Shown here: positions 38,048 to 47,284 of the stretch, piece by piece
Layout: every line of letters begins with the position of its first letter
How positions within the stretch are numbered: position 1 is the first letter of the stretch
Assembly (NCBI GenBank): GCA_050248855.1
Contig: JBFWRP010000001.1
Location: forward strand, 96,001-160,000
Length of the DNA: 64,000 bases
DNA from: Planctomycetota bacterium
Lineage (GTDB): Bacteria; Planctomycetota; PLA2; JAEUHO01
Direction: 5' to 3'
Program-made: the position numbers and the translations under genes
Notes under the pieces: model-generated
The model's input: only the letters and a program-made list of their open reading frames with translations
Database searches by the model: none
What the model was told of the DNA's origin: nothing

Positions 38048-39414
38048 GCCGCTTGCGCATCGCCTTCGCCCTCCTCGTCCTCGCAGGGCTCGGGGCCCCG
38101 CCCTCGGCTCGCGCCGACGAAGCCCCGCCGGCATCCAGCCCGGCGGCCGCTCCGACGGTGCCCGCTTCGTTTCCGGCCGCCCGTCTGGCGTGGCTGCCCG
38201 TGTCGCCGCTGCATCGCGCCGTGCTCGTCGAGGAGCATCCGCGACTGGCGGGTCGGCTGGGAGCCCTCGCGCGACGCGGGGAGGCGCTCGAGCGTCAGCT
38301 GGCGGACGCCAAGCTTGCGGCCAGTGCGCGCGCGGGCGTCGAAGCCCAGCGCGACAAGACGGACGCCGAAGCCCGCGAGCTGCTCGCGGAGGTCCTGGCC
38401 ACGGGCATCGTGGAGGCCGTGACGCCGGAGCTGCTCCATGCCGTCGCCGAGGCGCCGCCGGGCCCGCATGCCCCGTTCCGCCACGCCATGGCCTTGGGCG
38501 CACGTGTGCTCGAGCTGGATCCCGCCGTGCGCCAGCGCATCGAGACCGCCCGCACGCGCATCGAAGGGGCCTTGCTGACCATCGAGGCCCAACGGGACGT
38601 CCTGCCGGAGGCTTGGCGCGAAGTGAGCCTCGGCGCCGAGGACGAGCGCCTGCGCAAGGAGCTGGCGACGCGCACCGGACAGGCGCTGGACCGCCAGGTC
38701 CGCACGCTGGAGCGCCGCTGGTGGGGCTTCCTCGACTACGTGCTGGATCGACCGCAGCGCGCTGCGTGGTTCCGCGCCTTGCCGCCCGACTGGTTGCAGA
38801 AGGTGGACCCCGCCCAGCAGCTCTACGACCTGCCCGAGATCACGCCGTCGCAGGCCGCCCAGATCGCTTCGCGCCTGACCGAGTACGAGGCGGAAGCCAG
38901 TCCCGACCAAGCGGCCGTGCGCCGACTGCGCAGCGAGATCGAGGCCGCGCCGGACGAGGAGGCGCGCAAGGCCTTGCGACGCGAGATGGCCGACGCGCAG
39001 AAGCGCCTGGGCGAAGTCGGGGTGGCGCTGGCCAAGGGCTTGAAGGGGCTGCTGACCCCCGAGCAGCTCGAAGCCTACGAAGCGGTACCGCCCCGCCTCT
39101 CGGCCAACGACCGACGTCAGAGCCCGGAGCGCGTGCTGGAACGTGTTGCCTTCACGTCGGAGCAGAGGGCCAAGCTGGCGGACATGCGCAAGGAGCTCGC
39201 CGGCACGGTTCGCGCCATGCAGACGCGCGCGGCGGAGCTGAACCGCGAGAAGGCGGCGTACGGCCCCGACGCACCGCAGCAGATGATGATGATGGCCGAG
39301 CTCGCCGAGATCCGCGGCGACGGAGCCCGCCTCGGCCGCCGCGCGCTCGGCACCGTCTTCCTCCACGTCCTCACCGACCAGCAGCTGCTCGCCTGGCTCC
39401 TCGACCCCCGATGA
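38044..39414 (+). CDS. Exported helical protein with Spy/CpxP-like LTxEQ motifs
   Basis: Signal peptide; LLTPEQ, FTSEQRAKL, VLTDQQ; ATGA overlap with the DUF1501 gene. Confidence 0.7.
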   Translation: MSRLRIAFALLVLAGLGAPPSARADEAPPASSPAAAPTVPASFPAARLAWLPVSPLHRAVLVEEHPRLAGRLGALARRGEALERQLADAKLAASARAGVEAQRDKTDAEARELLAEVLATGIVEAVTPELLHAVAEAPPGPHAPFRHAMALGARVLELDPAVRQRIETARTRIEGALLTIEAQRDVLPEAWREVSLGAEDERLRKELATRTGQALDRQVRTLERRWWGFLDYVLDRPQRAAWFRALPPDWLQKVDPAQQLYDLPEITPSQAAQIASRLTEYEAEASPDQAAVRRLRSEIEAAPDEEARKALRREMADAQKRLGEVGVALAKGLKGLLTPEQLEAYEAVPPRLSANDRRQSPERVLERVAFTSEQRAKLADMRKELAGTVRAMQTRAAELNREKAAYGPDAPQQMMMMAELAEIRGDGARLGRRALGTVFLHVLTDQQLLAWLLDPR

Positions 39415-39422
39415 CTCCCGCA

Positions 39423-39638
39423 GGAGCCGGGTGAGATTCCTGCTTCACGCTGTGGATGGCCTCCCCACCGTGGTGCACGTCCCCGCGTGAAGCTGGAATC
39501 TCACCTGGCTCCGTACGGTCTCGTCCAAGCCGCGGACCACTCCCGCCGCAAGCGCATCCCCCACCGTGGTGCACGTCCCCGCGTGAAGCTGGAATCTCAC
39601 CTGGCCCCGTACGGTCTCACCTGGCTCCGTACGGTCTC
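39423..39638. repeat. Composite intergenic repeat (REP/MITE-like)
   Basis: 28-bp inverted repeat 39423-39450/39485-39512 (2 mismatches); 60-bp direct repeat 39463-39522/39559-39618 (1 mismatch); extra copy of the last 20 bp at 39619-39638. Confidence 0.88.
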
Positions 39639-39697
39639 GGTACCGCGCCCGCTGTCCAACCGACGGCGCCCCGCGTCCCTTCGGCTAGAACGCCTGC

Positions 39698-40651
39698 GTG
39701 CTGCCGGAGCGTGCCGATGTCGTGATCCTGGGGGCCGGCTTGGCCGGGGCTTCCACCGCATGGCACCTGCGCGGCGCCGGAGTGACGGACCTCGTCGTCC
39801 TCGAGCGGCGGGCGGCACCGGGGCTGGAGGCCTCCGGGCACAACGCGGCGATCCTGCGCCTGCCCGAGTCCCCGCCCTTGTTGGCCGCCTGGGCCCGCGA
39901 GAGCCGCACGGTGCTCGAGGCCCTCGGCGTCGTCCACGAGACGGGTGGCCTCCTCGTCGGCGGAGGGGACGAGGCGCCACCGGACGAGCATCCCCTGGCC
40001 CAGGTACGCGGGCGCCAAGCACCCCGCGCAGGCGTGGTGGACGTGCCGCGGCTGCTCGCCCTGTACCTGCGGGACGTGATGGTGCTGGCCGGTGTGACCG
40101 CCGAGCTGCCGACTCCCGTTCGCGCCGGCTGGCGCGTCCCGACCGACGTCGGCACGATCGACGCACGCGTCGTCGTCAACGCGACGGGGGCGTGGGCAGG
40201 GCGGTTCGGCGCCGGGGATCTCGTCCCGACGCGCCGCCACGTGGCGATCAGCGCGCAGGATCCCCGTGCGCACCCCGACCTGCCGTGGCTCTGGGACCTC
40301 GCCACCGCTTGGTACGTGCGCCCCTGGGAGGGCGCCTGGCTGCTCTGCATCGGCGACGAGGTCCCGGTGGACCCGGACGCCGACACCTCGCCCGACCCCA
40401 CCGTGCTCGCCGCCATCGAGGAGCGGTTCGAAGGCCTCCTCGAGCCGCTGGCCCGCCCCCGCCTGGCGCGCGCCTGGACCGGGCATCGGACCTTCGCGCA
40501 GGACCGTCTACCGCGTGTGGGCGAGGACGACCGGCGCCCGGGACTCGTGCACGTGGCTGCGCTGGGCGGCCACGGCGTCACCGTCTCGCCCGCCGCCGGG
40601 CGTGCCGCGGCCGACGCCGTGCGCGCGATCCTGGCGCGGCCGGGGGGCTGA
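39698..40651 (+). CDS. FAD-dependent oxidoreductase (DAO/glycine oxidase family)
   Basis: VVILGAGLAGASTAWHL, ASGHNAA, VVNATGAW, GGHGVTVSPAAG. Confidence 0.9.
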   Translation: MLPERADVVILGAGLAGASTAWHLRGAGVTDLVVLERRAAPGLEASGHNAAILRLPESPPLLAAWARESRTVLEALGVVHETGGLLVGGGDEAPPDEHPLAQVRGRQAPRAGVVDVPRLLALYLRDVMVLAGVTAELPTPVRAGWRVPTDVGTIDARVVVNATGAWAGRFGAGDLVPTRRHVAISAQDPRAHPDLPWLWDLATAWYVRPWEGAWLLCIGDEVPVDPDADTSPDPTVLAAIEERFEGLLEPLARPRLARAWTGHRTFAQDRLPRVGEDDRRPGLVHVAALGGHGVTVSPAAGRAAADAVRAILARPGG

Positions 40652-40663
40652 CCACGAGCTGCT

Positions 40664-41107
40664 CTAGCGGATCGGCCAGACGATGCGCGTGCGTACTTGG
40701 TCGGCGGGCACGCTGGAGCAGTCGGAGACGTACTCCTCCCACGGCTCGGCTCGGCCCTCCAGGCCTCGCTCCTTCATCGCTTCGCGCAGGGCCTTCCACG
40801 TGACGTGCAGGTCGTCGTAGGGGCCGACGTGCCACGTGACGATCGCCTTGCCCCCGGGCAGGGCATCCGGCTGGAAGCGACCAGTCGCCGGCAGGGCCCT
40901 CTTGACGGGCACGGCCAGCTCCATCGTTCCCACGTCGTCCTTCCACGCGTGCCAGCGCGCCAGGGGCGCCCCGGCTGCCTGCGATCCAGCGACCTTCATC
41001 AGCTGGGGGAGCAGCTCGCCGATGCGATGGCCGATCTCGGACTGCTTCACGTCGACCTTGACACCCAAGACGGGCGTTCGCTCCAGCTCCACCACGTCCA
41101 TCTTCAT
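40664..41107 (-). CDS. GyrI-like small-molecule-binding domain protein
   Basis: LPGGKAIVTWHVGPYDDL, PWEEYVSD, RTRIVWP. Confidence 0.88.
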   Translation of the reverse strand: MKMDVVELERTPVLGVKVDVKQSEIGHRIGELLPQLMKVAGSQAAGAPLARWHAWKDDVGTMELAVPVKRALPATGRFQPDALPGGKAIVTWHVGPYDDLHVTWKALREAMKERGLEGRAEPWEEYVSDCSSVPADQVRTRIVWPIR

Positions 41108-43110
41108 CAGCGCTTCTCCTCGCCCGCTTCCTCGCCGGCCAGCTCGGCCTCGATGGCGCGCACACGTGCCTCGATCGCCGGCGCGAAGGGATCGAGCCGG
41201 ATGTAGCTGCCGTAGGCCGATCCCGCCTCCTCGCGACGTCCCGCGATGTCCGCCGCGGCGCCCAGCAGGTACCAGCGCAAGGGATCCTCGGGCACCTCCC
41301 GGGCATCGGCGCGCAGGTGCGGCAGGATGGCCTCGAGCAGCGCGGGGTCATCGCGCACACGCTGCCAGCCGGCGAGGGCGCTTCGCGCCGCGGCGATCCG
41401 TACGGCAGGGGACGTGTCCTCGAGCGCGCGCAGGAACGCCGCGCGCACGGCGTCCCCCTCGAGCTCGGCCAAGACGCCAGCTGCCCGACGTCGGACGAGG
41501 CTGTCCTCGTCCCGCAGACGTGCGAGCACCGCGAGCGGGACCTTCTTCGCGTACTTGCGCAGCAGCTCCATGGCCGTCGCACGCACGACGCGCGGGGCCT
41601 GCGCGTCGGCCAACACGGCGAGCAGCGCCGTCTCCCCGCCCTCCTTGCCCAGGCGCCCGGCCGCGATGGCCCGTACCCAGTCCGCAAGCGGCCGCATCTC
41701 GGGCCACCACGCGGTCGCGGCGGCCTTCAGCTCGGCGGTCGTGCGAGGCGGCGCGACCTGGCTTCCCAGCGGCCCCGCCGTGTGGCAGGTCGTGCACGCA
41801 TCCGCCGCCAGGCGGTCCGCCTCCAGCTCCAGGCCCGGACGCGGAACGGAGATCGAGTGGTCCGCCACGTACCCGTGCCCCCGCTCGATGCGCAGGAACG
41901 GCATGTGGCAGGCGACGCAGGAGGAGCCCTCCCCCAGGGGGTCGTGGTGCGTGTGCGCCGCGATGTCCGCACCGATCTCCTCGTGGCACACCGTGCAGGC
42001 GCGCGGATCGCCCGGCGGCAAGCGCAGCTGGCTCGCATGCGGACTGCCGTGCGGGTCGTGGCACGTGAAGCACGTGAGCTCGCCCTCGATGGCGCAGCGG
42101 CTCACCGAGAACGGCAGGCCGTCGTAGATCAGCTCCGTGACGCGACCGAGAGGGTCGACGCGCTCCGGGTCGATGATCAGCGTGGGGTCGACGTGCTCGA
42201 ACACGTCGTCACCGGGTCGGAAGGAGCGCGTGACGAGATCGGCCTCCATGTGGCACTGGAGGCAAGCGGACAGGGCCCGGTCCGTCGCAAGCCCGGCGAG
42301 CCGGAGCACGGGATCGTCCGGACGCGGAAGCGGACGTCCCGCCTCCTTGGCCTCGTGCCACGCCACGTGCTCGGCGCCGGGACCGTGGCACATCTCGCAG
42401 TCGGTGCCCAGGGAGCGCTCGATCGTCCGGCGACCTTCCGCCACGGGCGCGCCTTCGACGGGACGGCTGCCGCTGGAGTGGCAGCGCACGCAGCTGCTGT
42501 CCCAGCTGCGCGTGGTGCCGGTCCAGAACGAAGCGTCGCCCGGATTCACGATGGGCGCCTCGTCCCAGTCCAGCCCCGGCGCGCCGAACAGCAGATGCGT
42601 GTAGTCGAACCACGCCCCCGTCGGGACTTCCAGCATGGCCGGCAGGACCTGCCGACGGCCGTCGGGGAGCGTGGTCACGAACATCTGGACGCGCATGCGG
42701 CCGACGGCGTGCGTGAGGTGGTAGTCCGTCAGCTGCCCGTCGGGACCGACCGTGCGGGCCAACCAGCGGTCGCCTTCCTTGCGCCACGTCGTGCGACCCG
42801 GCGGATGGTCGACCGAGGCCCCGGCAAGCACGTCGGCGGGCAGGTTGTGGGGCCCCACGGGCAAGAAGGTGCGCGCGTGGCTCGACGTCGACCAGAGCGC
42901 GGCCTCCTCCGCATGGCATCGCGCGCACACCGCGGCGCCGACGTACCCCGGGTCCAGGATGCCGGCCGCGTCCGACGGCAGCTCGGCCGGTGCGCGCTCG
43001 TCGGCAGCGACCTGCGCGGCGCCCGGCACGAGAGCCCAGGCAGCCGCGAACACCACCACGACGGCCCCCCACCGCGCCGCGCGCTCGCGAACCCGACGAC
43101 CCTGGCTCAC
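41107..43110 (-). CDS. Multiheme c-type cytochrome (8 CxxCH) with C-terminal HEAT/TPR repeats
   Basis: CARCH, CVRCH, CEMCH, CLQCH, CFTCH, CTVCH, CVACH, CTTCH; AAGGAGG SD before GTG 43110; signal peptide; DEDSLVRRRAA, DTSPAVRIAAA. Confidence 0.9.
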   Translation of the reverse strand: MSQGRRVRERAARWGAVVVVFAAAWALVPGAAQVAADERAPAELPSDAAGILDPGYVGAAVCARCHAEEAALWSTSSHARTFLPVGPHNLPADVLAGASVDHPPGRTTWRKEGDRWLARTVGPDGQLTDYHLTHAVGRMRVQMFVTTLPDGRRQVLPAMLEVPTGAWFDYTHLLFGAPGLDWDEAPIVNPGDASFWTGTTRSWDSSCVRCHSSGSRPVEGAPVAEGRRTIERSLGTDCEMCHGPGAEHVAWHEAKEAGRPLPRPDDPVLRLAGLATDRALSACLQCHMEADLVTRSFRPGDDVFEHVDPTLIIDPERVDPLGRVTELIYDGLPFSVSRCAIEGELTCFTCHDPHGSPHASQLRLPPGDPRACTVCHEEIGADIAAHTHHDPLGEGSSCVACHMPFLRIERGHGYVADHSISVPRPGLELEADRLAADACTTCHTAGPLGSQVAPPRTTAELKAAATAWWPEMRPLADWVRAIAAGRLGKEGGETALLAVLADAQAPRVVRATAMELLRKYAKKVPLAVLARLRDEDSLVRRRAAGVLAELEGDAVRAAFLRALEDTSPAVRIAAARSALAGWQRVRDDPALLEAILPHLRADAREVPEDPLRWYLLGAAADIAGRREEAGSAYGSYIRLDPFAPAIEARVRAIEAELAGEEAGEEKR

Positions 43111-43421
43111 ACGACCTCCTTGCACGCCCACGATACCGGCCCCTCCCACCCCCCGCGCCAGCCCCGACCGCGGTTGTCTCGACTGTCACTGCCAGCAGCG
43201 TCCGCCGACGGGCCGCAGGCCGCCTCCGACACGCATCGGGTCGTCAGGGCACCGTGAGGGGTGCAGGGGGGGTACGGAATAGCCCCCCTGCTGCGCAGGC
43301 GAAGCCGGAGCACCGAGTCCGCGCGGGAGCGCGGAACGATCGTCCAAGACGTTCGAAGGCAAGGGCGGCGGGTGTCGATATCGCGGCGAGCCGCACTCCC
43401 CCACCCCAGGCGCCGACCGAA

Positions 43422-44441
43422 TCAACGCGTGGAGTGCCAGCGGAGGCCGAGGGTAAGCACCTTGTGGATGAGCTGGTCGTAGGCGAGACCGGCGGCCAGG
43501 GCGGCCTTCGCGAAGTCCTCGTCGTGCGCGAGGTCGGGGTTGGCGTTGCCTTCGAGCACGTACACCTCGCCCTCGTCGGTGACGCGGAAGTCGAAGCGCG
43601 CGTAGCCGTTCATGCCCAGGTGCCGGAACAGGCGGCGCGCGACCTTGCGCATGCGATCGGCCGAGCCGGGCGGGAGGTCCTGCGCGGCATCGCTGCGGAT
43701 GTCGTAGCGCTCCTGGTAGCCCAGGTCGAACTTGACGCTCTCGGTGGCAATGCGCGCGCTGCCCGCGGGGAGCCCGCCGAGCAGCAGCTCCCACGGCGGG
43801 AAGAGCTGCGCGCGCTGGTTGCCCAGCACGCCGATGTAGACCTCGCGTCCTTCGATGAAGCGCTCGGCGATGGCGTCGTCCACGATGTGGTCGTGGACGA
43901 AGGCGACGCGACGCACCAGCTGCTCGTCCGTCTCCACGATGCTGGCCTGCGAGATGCCGGCGGAGGCGTCTTCGTTCAGGGACTTCACGATCAGGGGGAA
44001 CCCGAGCCGCGCGGGCCGCCGCACCTTCTGGCCGCGGGGAAACACGGCAAACGGCGGCGCAGGGAGCCGGTGGTAGACGCAGATCTTCTTGGTGAGGGCC
44101 TTGTCGCGGCTCAACACCAGCCCCCGCGAGTTGCATCCCGTGAAGGGCATGCGCATCAGCTCGAGGTAGGCCACCACGTTGGCGTCGAACGCGACGACGC
44201 CATGGAAGTCCTCGAGCATGTTGAACACGATGTGCGGCTTGACCTCTTCGAGGGCCTCGCGGATGCGACGCAGCTCGTCAACGACCTCGACGCACGTGAC
44301 CTCGTGCCCGAGCGACTCCAGCGCCTGGAGCACGTCGTACTCCATCTTCCAGCGGCTGATCTCCCGCTCGGGAACTCCCTCCAGCGAGTCGGGCGGCATG
44401 AGCCCTTCCCGGACGAGGGCGAGGACGCGACGTCGCTTCAT
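43422..44441 (-). CDS. D-Ala-D-Ala ligase-like ATP-grasp protein
   Basis: DKALTK, FPLIVKSLNEDASAGI, ERFIEGRE, YARFDFR, VLEGNANP. Confidence 0.88.
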   Translation of the reverse strand: MKRRRVLALVREGLMPPDSLEGVPEREISRWKMEYDVLQALESLGHEVTCVEVVDELRRIREALEEVKPHIVFNMLEDFHGVVAFDANVVAYLELMRMPFTGCNSRGLVLSRDKALTKKICVYHRLPAPPFAVFPRGQKVRRPARLGFPLIVKSLNEDASAGISQASIVETDEQLVRRVAFVHDHIVDDAIAERFIEGREVYIGVLGNQRAQLFPPWELLLGGLPAGSARIATESVKFDLGYQERYDIRSDAAQDLPPGSADRMRKVARRLFRHLGMNGYARFDFRVTDEGEVYVLEGNANPDLAHDEDFAKAALAAGLAYDQLIHKVLTLGLRWHSTR

Positions 44442-44451
44442 GGCCAAGCCC

Positions 44452-45495
44452 TCACAGCGCCACCCGGTGGCCGCGGCCGCGGGCGGCCGCCAGGACCTGC
44501 ACGGTGAGCAAGATGGCCGACTCCAGGCGCACCTTGCGCAACGCACGACGCCGCTTGAGACGGAGGAGCCGAGCGCGCGATGTCATCTCGCGCAGGTACT
44601 GCTGGACCGTGTAGGGGTGCATGCCCGTCCAGGCGGCCACGCGACGCCGCAGATCGGGGGCCTCGCGCTGCAGGAACGTCGCGGCCGACTCCGCGGAGCG
44701 CACGCTGTCGTCGGCGCCGAAGACGCGACGCAGGTCGGCGTCCAGGACGTGCTGCCCATCCAGACCGTAGTGGCTGCGGCGCCGCGCGTAGTGCTTGGCC
44801 AAGGTCATGTCCATGCGGCCGAGCGGGTCCACTTGCCGGCGCGTCCTCACGGGTGGCGTCGTCGGGCCCACCTCGCGCATCGTGCGGTCGACGTACTCGA
44901 GCTTGGCGAGCGCCTTCCAGCCCGCATAACGCGTTCGCCAACGGGCGCGAGGCTGAAGCCACACGGCGAACGTCTCCGCGAAGTCCTCGGCCGGATGGCT
45001 CTGCGCGTACCACCCGTCCAAGTGCTGGACGAAGGCGTCGCTGCGCGGATTGGGCACGTAGACCTCGGGGTAGGGCACGCTGGAGGAGCCGAAGGTCGTG
45101 CGCCACGCGGCCGAGCGCCGTAGCCGCCACGCGGTGTCCACGGCATGGCCGGCCTCGTGGCGCAGGATGCGCAGCGCCTCTTCGCGGGTCCCGCCCTCGG
45201 CCTCCACCATCTGCCGGCGCTCCAGGGCCAGCAGCCGCGGATGGGCCAGGTAGAAGGGAATGGCGATGCCCGGGACGCCGTCGGGCGAGAACCACTCGTT
45301 GCTGTACCAGACGTGAGGCCGGAAGCGGATGCCGCGGCTGGCCATCTCGCGGTGCAAGCGCTGGACGAGTGGCTCCACCCACGACCCCCGCATCGACAGC
45401 TTGAGGTCCTTGAAGCGAAGGGCCAGGAGCTGCGCATCGGTGGCCCGGGCCCACGCGGGCTCGGCGGGCTTGCGCGGACTCCGTTGGGCGGGCAT
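44452..45495 (-). CDS. Putative zinc-binding metallopeptidase (HExxH)
   Basis: LRHEAGHA and WYAQSHPAEDFAETFAVW; alternative ATG 45537. Confidence 0.85.
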   Translation of the reverse strand: MPAQRSPRKPAEPAWARATDAQLLALRFKDLKLSMRGSWVEPLVQRLHREMASRGIRFRPHVWYSNEWFSPDGVPGIAIPFYLAHPRLLALERRQMVEAEGGTREEALRILRHEAGHAVDTAWRLRRSAAWRTTFGSSSVPYPEVYVPNPRSDAFVQHLDGWYAQSHPAEDFAETFAVWLQPRARWRTRYAGWKALAKLEYVDRTMREVGPTTPPVRTRRQVDPLGRMDMTLAKHYARRRSHYGLDGQHVLDADLRRVFGADDSVRSAESAATFLQREAPDLRRRVAAWTGMHPYTVQQYLREMTSRARLLRLKRRRALRKVRLESAILLTVQVLAAARGRGHRVAL

Positions 45496-45576
45496 GGCCC
45501 CCACCCTACGGAGCGAGGCGTCGAATCCATGCTCCATCTGTCGAAGCGCGGGAGTCGCGCGTCGACGACGTCGCCG

Positions 45577-47052
45577 TCAATCGCGGCGCGCGCGGAGGAC
45601 GACGTACGGTCCGAAGGTCTTGACCTCCGTGAAGCGGAACAGGACGGCGCCCCCGCCGAGCGCGTGGACGGGGCCGAGGGTGCCGACGCGCGCCACGAGC
45701 CCGAGGGTTCGCTGCGCGTCGAACGCAAGGGCATCGAAGGCCTTCAGATGCCCGGCCCGCCGCTCATCGCCGCTCGCCCCCTCGGAGACCGCCTCGACGC
45801 CGCCGGGAAGCCCGTCCGCAGCGCTCGCCCGCTCGGCTTCGGAAGCAGGAGCCGCGAACGCAACGAGTCCCCCCGGCCCGGCCGCCTCGGCGGCCAGCTC
45901 CGCGGCCCGCTCCAGCCACCTCGCGCGCGCTGCCGTGGACTCCGCCCCGGCCGGCCACAGCCGACCCGCCGCGGGAACGGCCAGCAGCAGCGTGGCCAGG
46001 GCCCCGAGCGCCAGCGTGACCAACCGCGCGCGCGAGGCCCACACGGGGCCCACGCGCGCAAGGCCCCGGGCGCCGAGCACGAGCAGCAGCGGGATCACGA
46101 GGGGCGCCACGGCCAACGGGCCTGCGCCGGGCACCGCGGGCGCGACCAGGTCGGCGAGCCCGTAGAGCAGGGCGGCGGCAGCCAGGCTGCCCCACCCGAG
46201 CACGCGGCCCGGCAGGCCGGGTGCGCCCGAGAGCGCCGGAAGTAGGCCGAAGGCGAGCGGACCTGCGGCGACGAGCACGAGGGCCACCAGCGCCTCGACG
46301 GCTCCCAGTCCGGACAGCGAGGTGCCCCGCGCACCCGGGAGGAGCGCGAAGGCGAGCAGGGACACAGCGCCGGGAAGCCAGCGCAGCGTCGGGCTGGTCT
46401 CCCGACGGGCATGGTGGACGAGGAGCGGAACCGCGGCCAGGAGGCCGTACGGCGCTCCGACGCTCACGAGGGCACCTGCCACGCCCACCTGCCGCGCTTC
46501 GACCAGGCCGGGTGCGTCGCGGCGCAGGATCGCGGCCGTGAAGAGCAGGGCGGCCAGCGCCAAGCCATGATCCGCTGCACCACCCGCGGCGATGGACAGG
46601 GATGGATGCAGGAGCGTGAGCAGCCCGACCACGACGGCCGTGGCGCCGCGGGCGCCGGTACGGCGTGCCAACACCGCGGCCAGGGGCGCCAGGGCGGCGC
46701 CGGCCAGCGTCTCGACGAGACGCACGGCCGTGGTGGCCGAAAGCCCCGCGACGTGGGGCAGGAAGGCGAGCCAGGCCGTCAGCAGGCCACCGCCGGGCGG
46801 CGCCGCCAAGCGCGCCTCGGCAAGACCCCGCGTGGCTGCCGCCACCTCGGCACCCGCACCGCTCAAGGGCAGGTGGAACGCCTCCGCGCGCACGAGCAAG
46901 CCCGCCACGGCCAGGGCGGCCAGCACGGCGCCGCCGCCCGACGGGGGCTTCGTGAAGCCCGGGGGGCGAGGCGGTCGCGGCCCCCCCGGCAGGACATCCG
47001 ACGGCGCGGGCTCGACGCGACCGGGAGCGGGGGACGACGACGGCGGATGCAC
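45577..47052 (-). CDS. Polytopic membrane protein, possibly GT-C glycosyltransferase-like
   Basis: About 10 hydrophobic segments; downstream of nucleotide-sugar SDR genes; start uncertain. Confidence 0.55.
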   Translation of the reverse strand: MHPPSSSPAPGRVEPAPSDVLPGGPRPPRPPGFTKPPSGGGAVLAALAVAGLLVRAEAFHLPLSGAGAEVAAATRGLAEARLAAPPGGGLLTAWLAFLPHVAGLSATTAVRLVETLAGAALAPLAAVLARRTGARGATAVVVGLLTLLHPSLSIAAGGAADHGLALAALLFTAAILRRDAPGLVEARQVGVAGALVSVGAPYGLLAAVPLLVHHARRETSPTLRWLPGAVSLLAFALLPGARGTSLSGLGAVEALVALVLVAAGPLAFGLLPALSGAPGLPGRVLGWGSLAAAALLYGLADLVAPAVPGAGPLAVAPLVIPLLLVLGARGLARVGPVWASRARLVTLALGALATLLLAVPAAGRLWPAGAESTAARARWLERAAELAAEAAGPGGLVAFAAPASEAERASAADGLPGGVEAVSEGASGDERRAGHLKAFDALAFDAQRTLGLVARVGTLGPVHALGGGAVLFRFTEVKTFGPYVVLRARRD

Positions 47053-47284
47053 GGACGCAGCCCCCTCCGAGCCAGCGTCGGCCTGCCGGGGCAGGCCGCA
47101 CCAAAGGACACCCCCAAGGCCAAGCCCGCCCTCGTGGCCAGCCGCCCGGCACGGGGCCGAGCCGCCCGGCACGGGCCCGAGCCGGCGCGCGCCCCGCAGC
47201 GCCCAAGGGTGCTTGCGACGCGCCAACGCGCACCGCGGAGCCCCCACCGGGCCGGCACCCGGGGCCGCCGTCACGCTGCAGCCG

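Noticed and set aside
39463..39638. CRISPR array
   Set aside because: Only two full units, a 60-bp repeat longer than typical CRISPR repeats, one spacer, and no cas genes.
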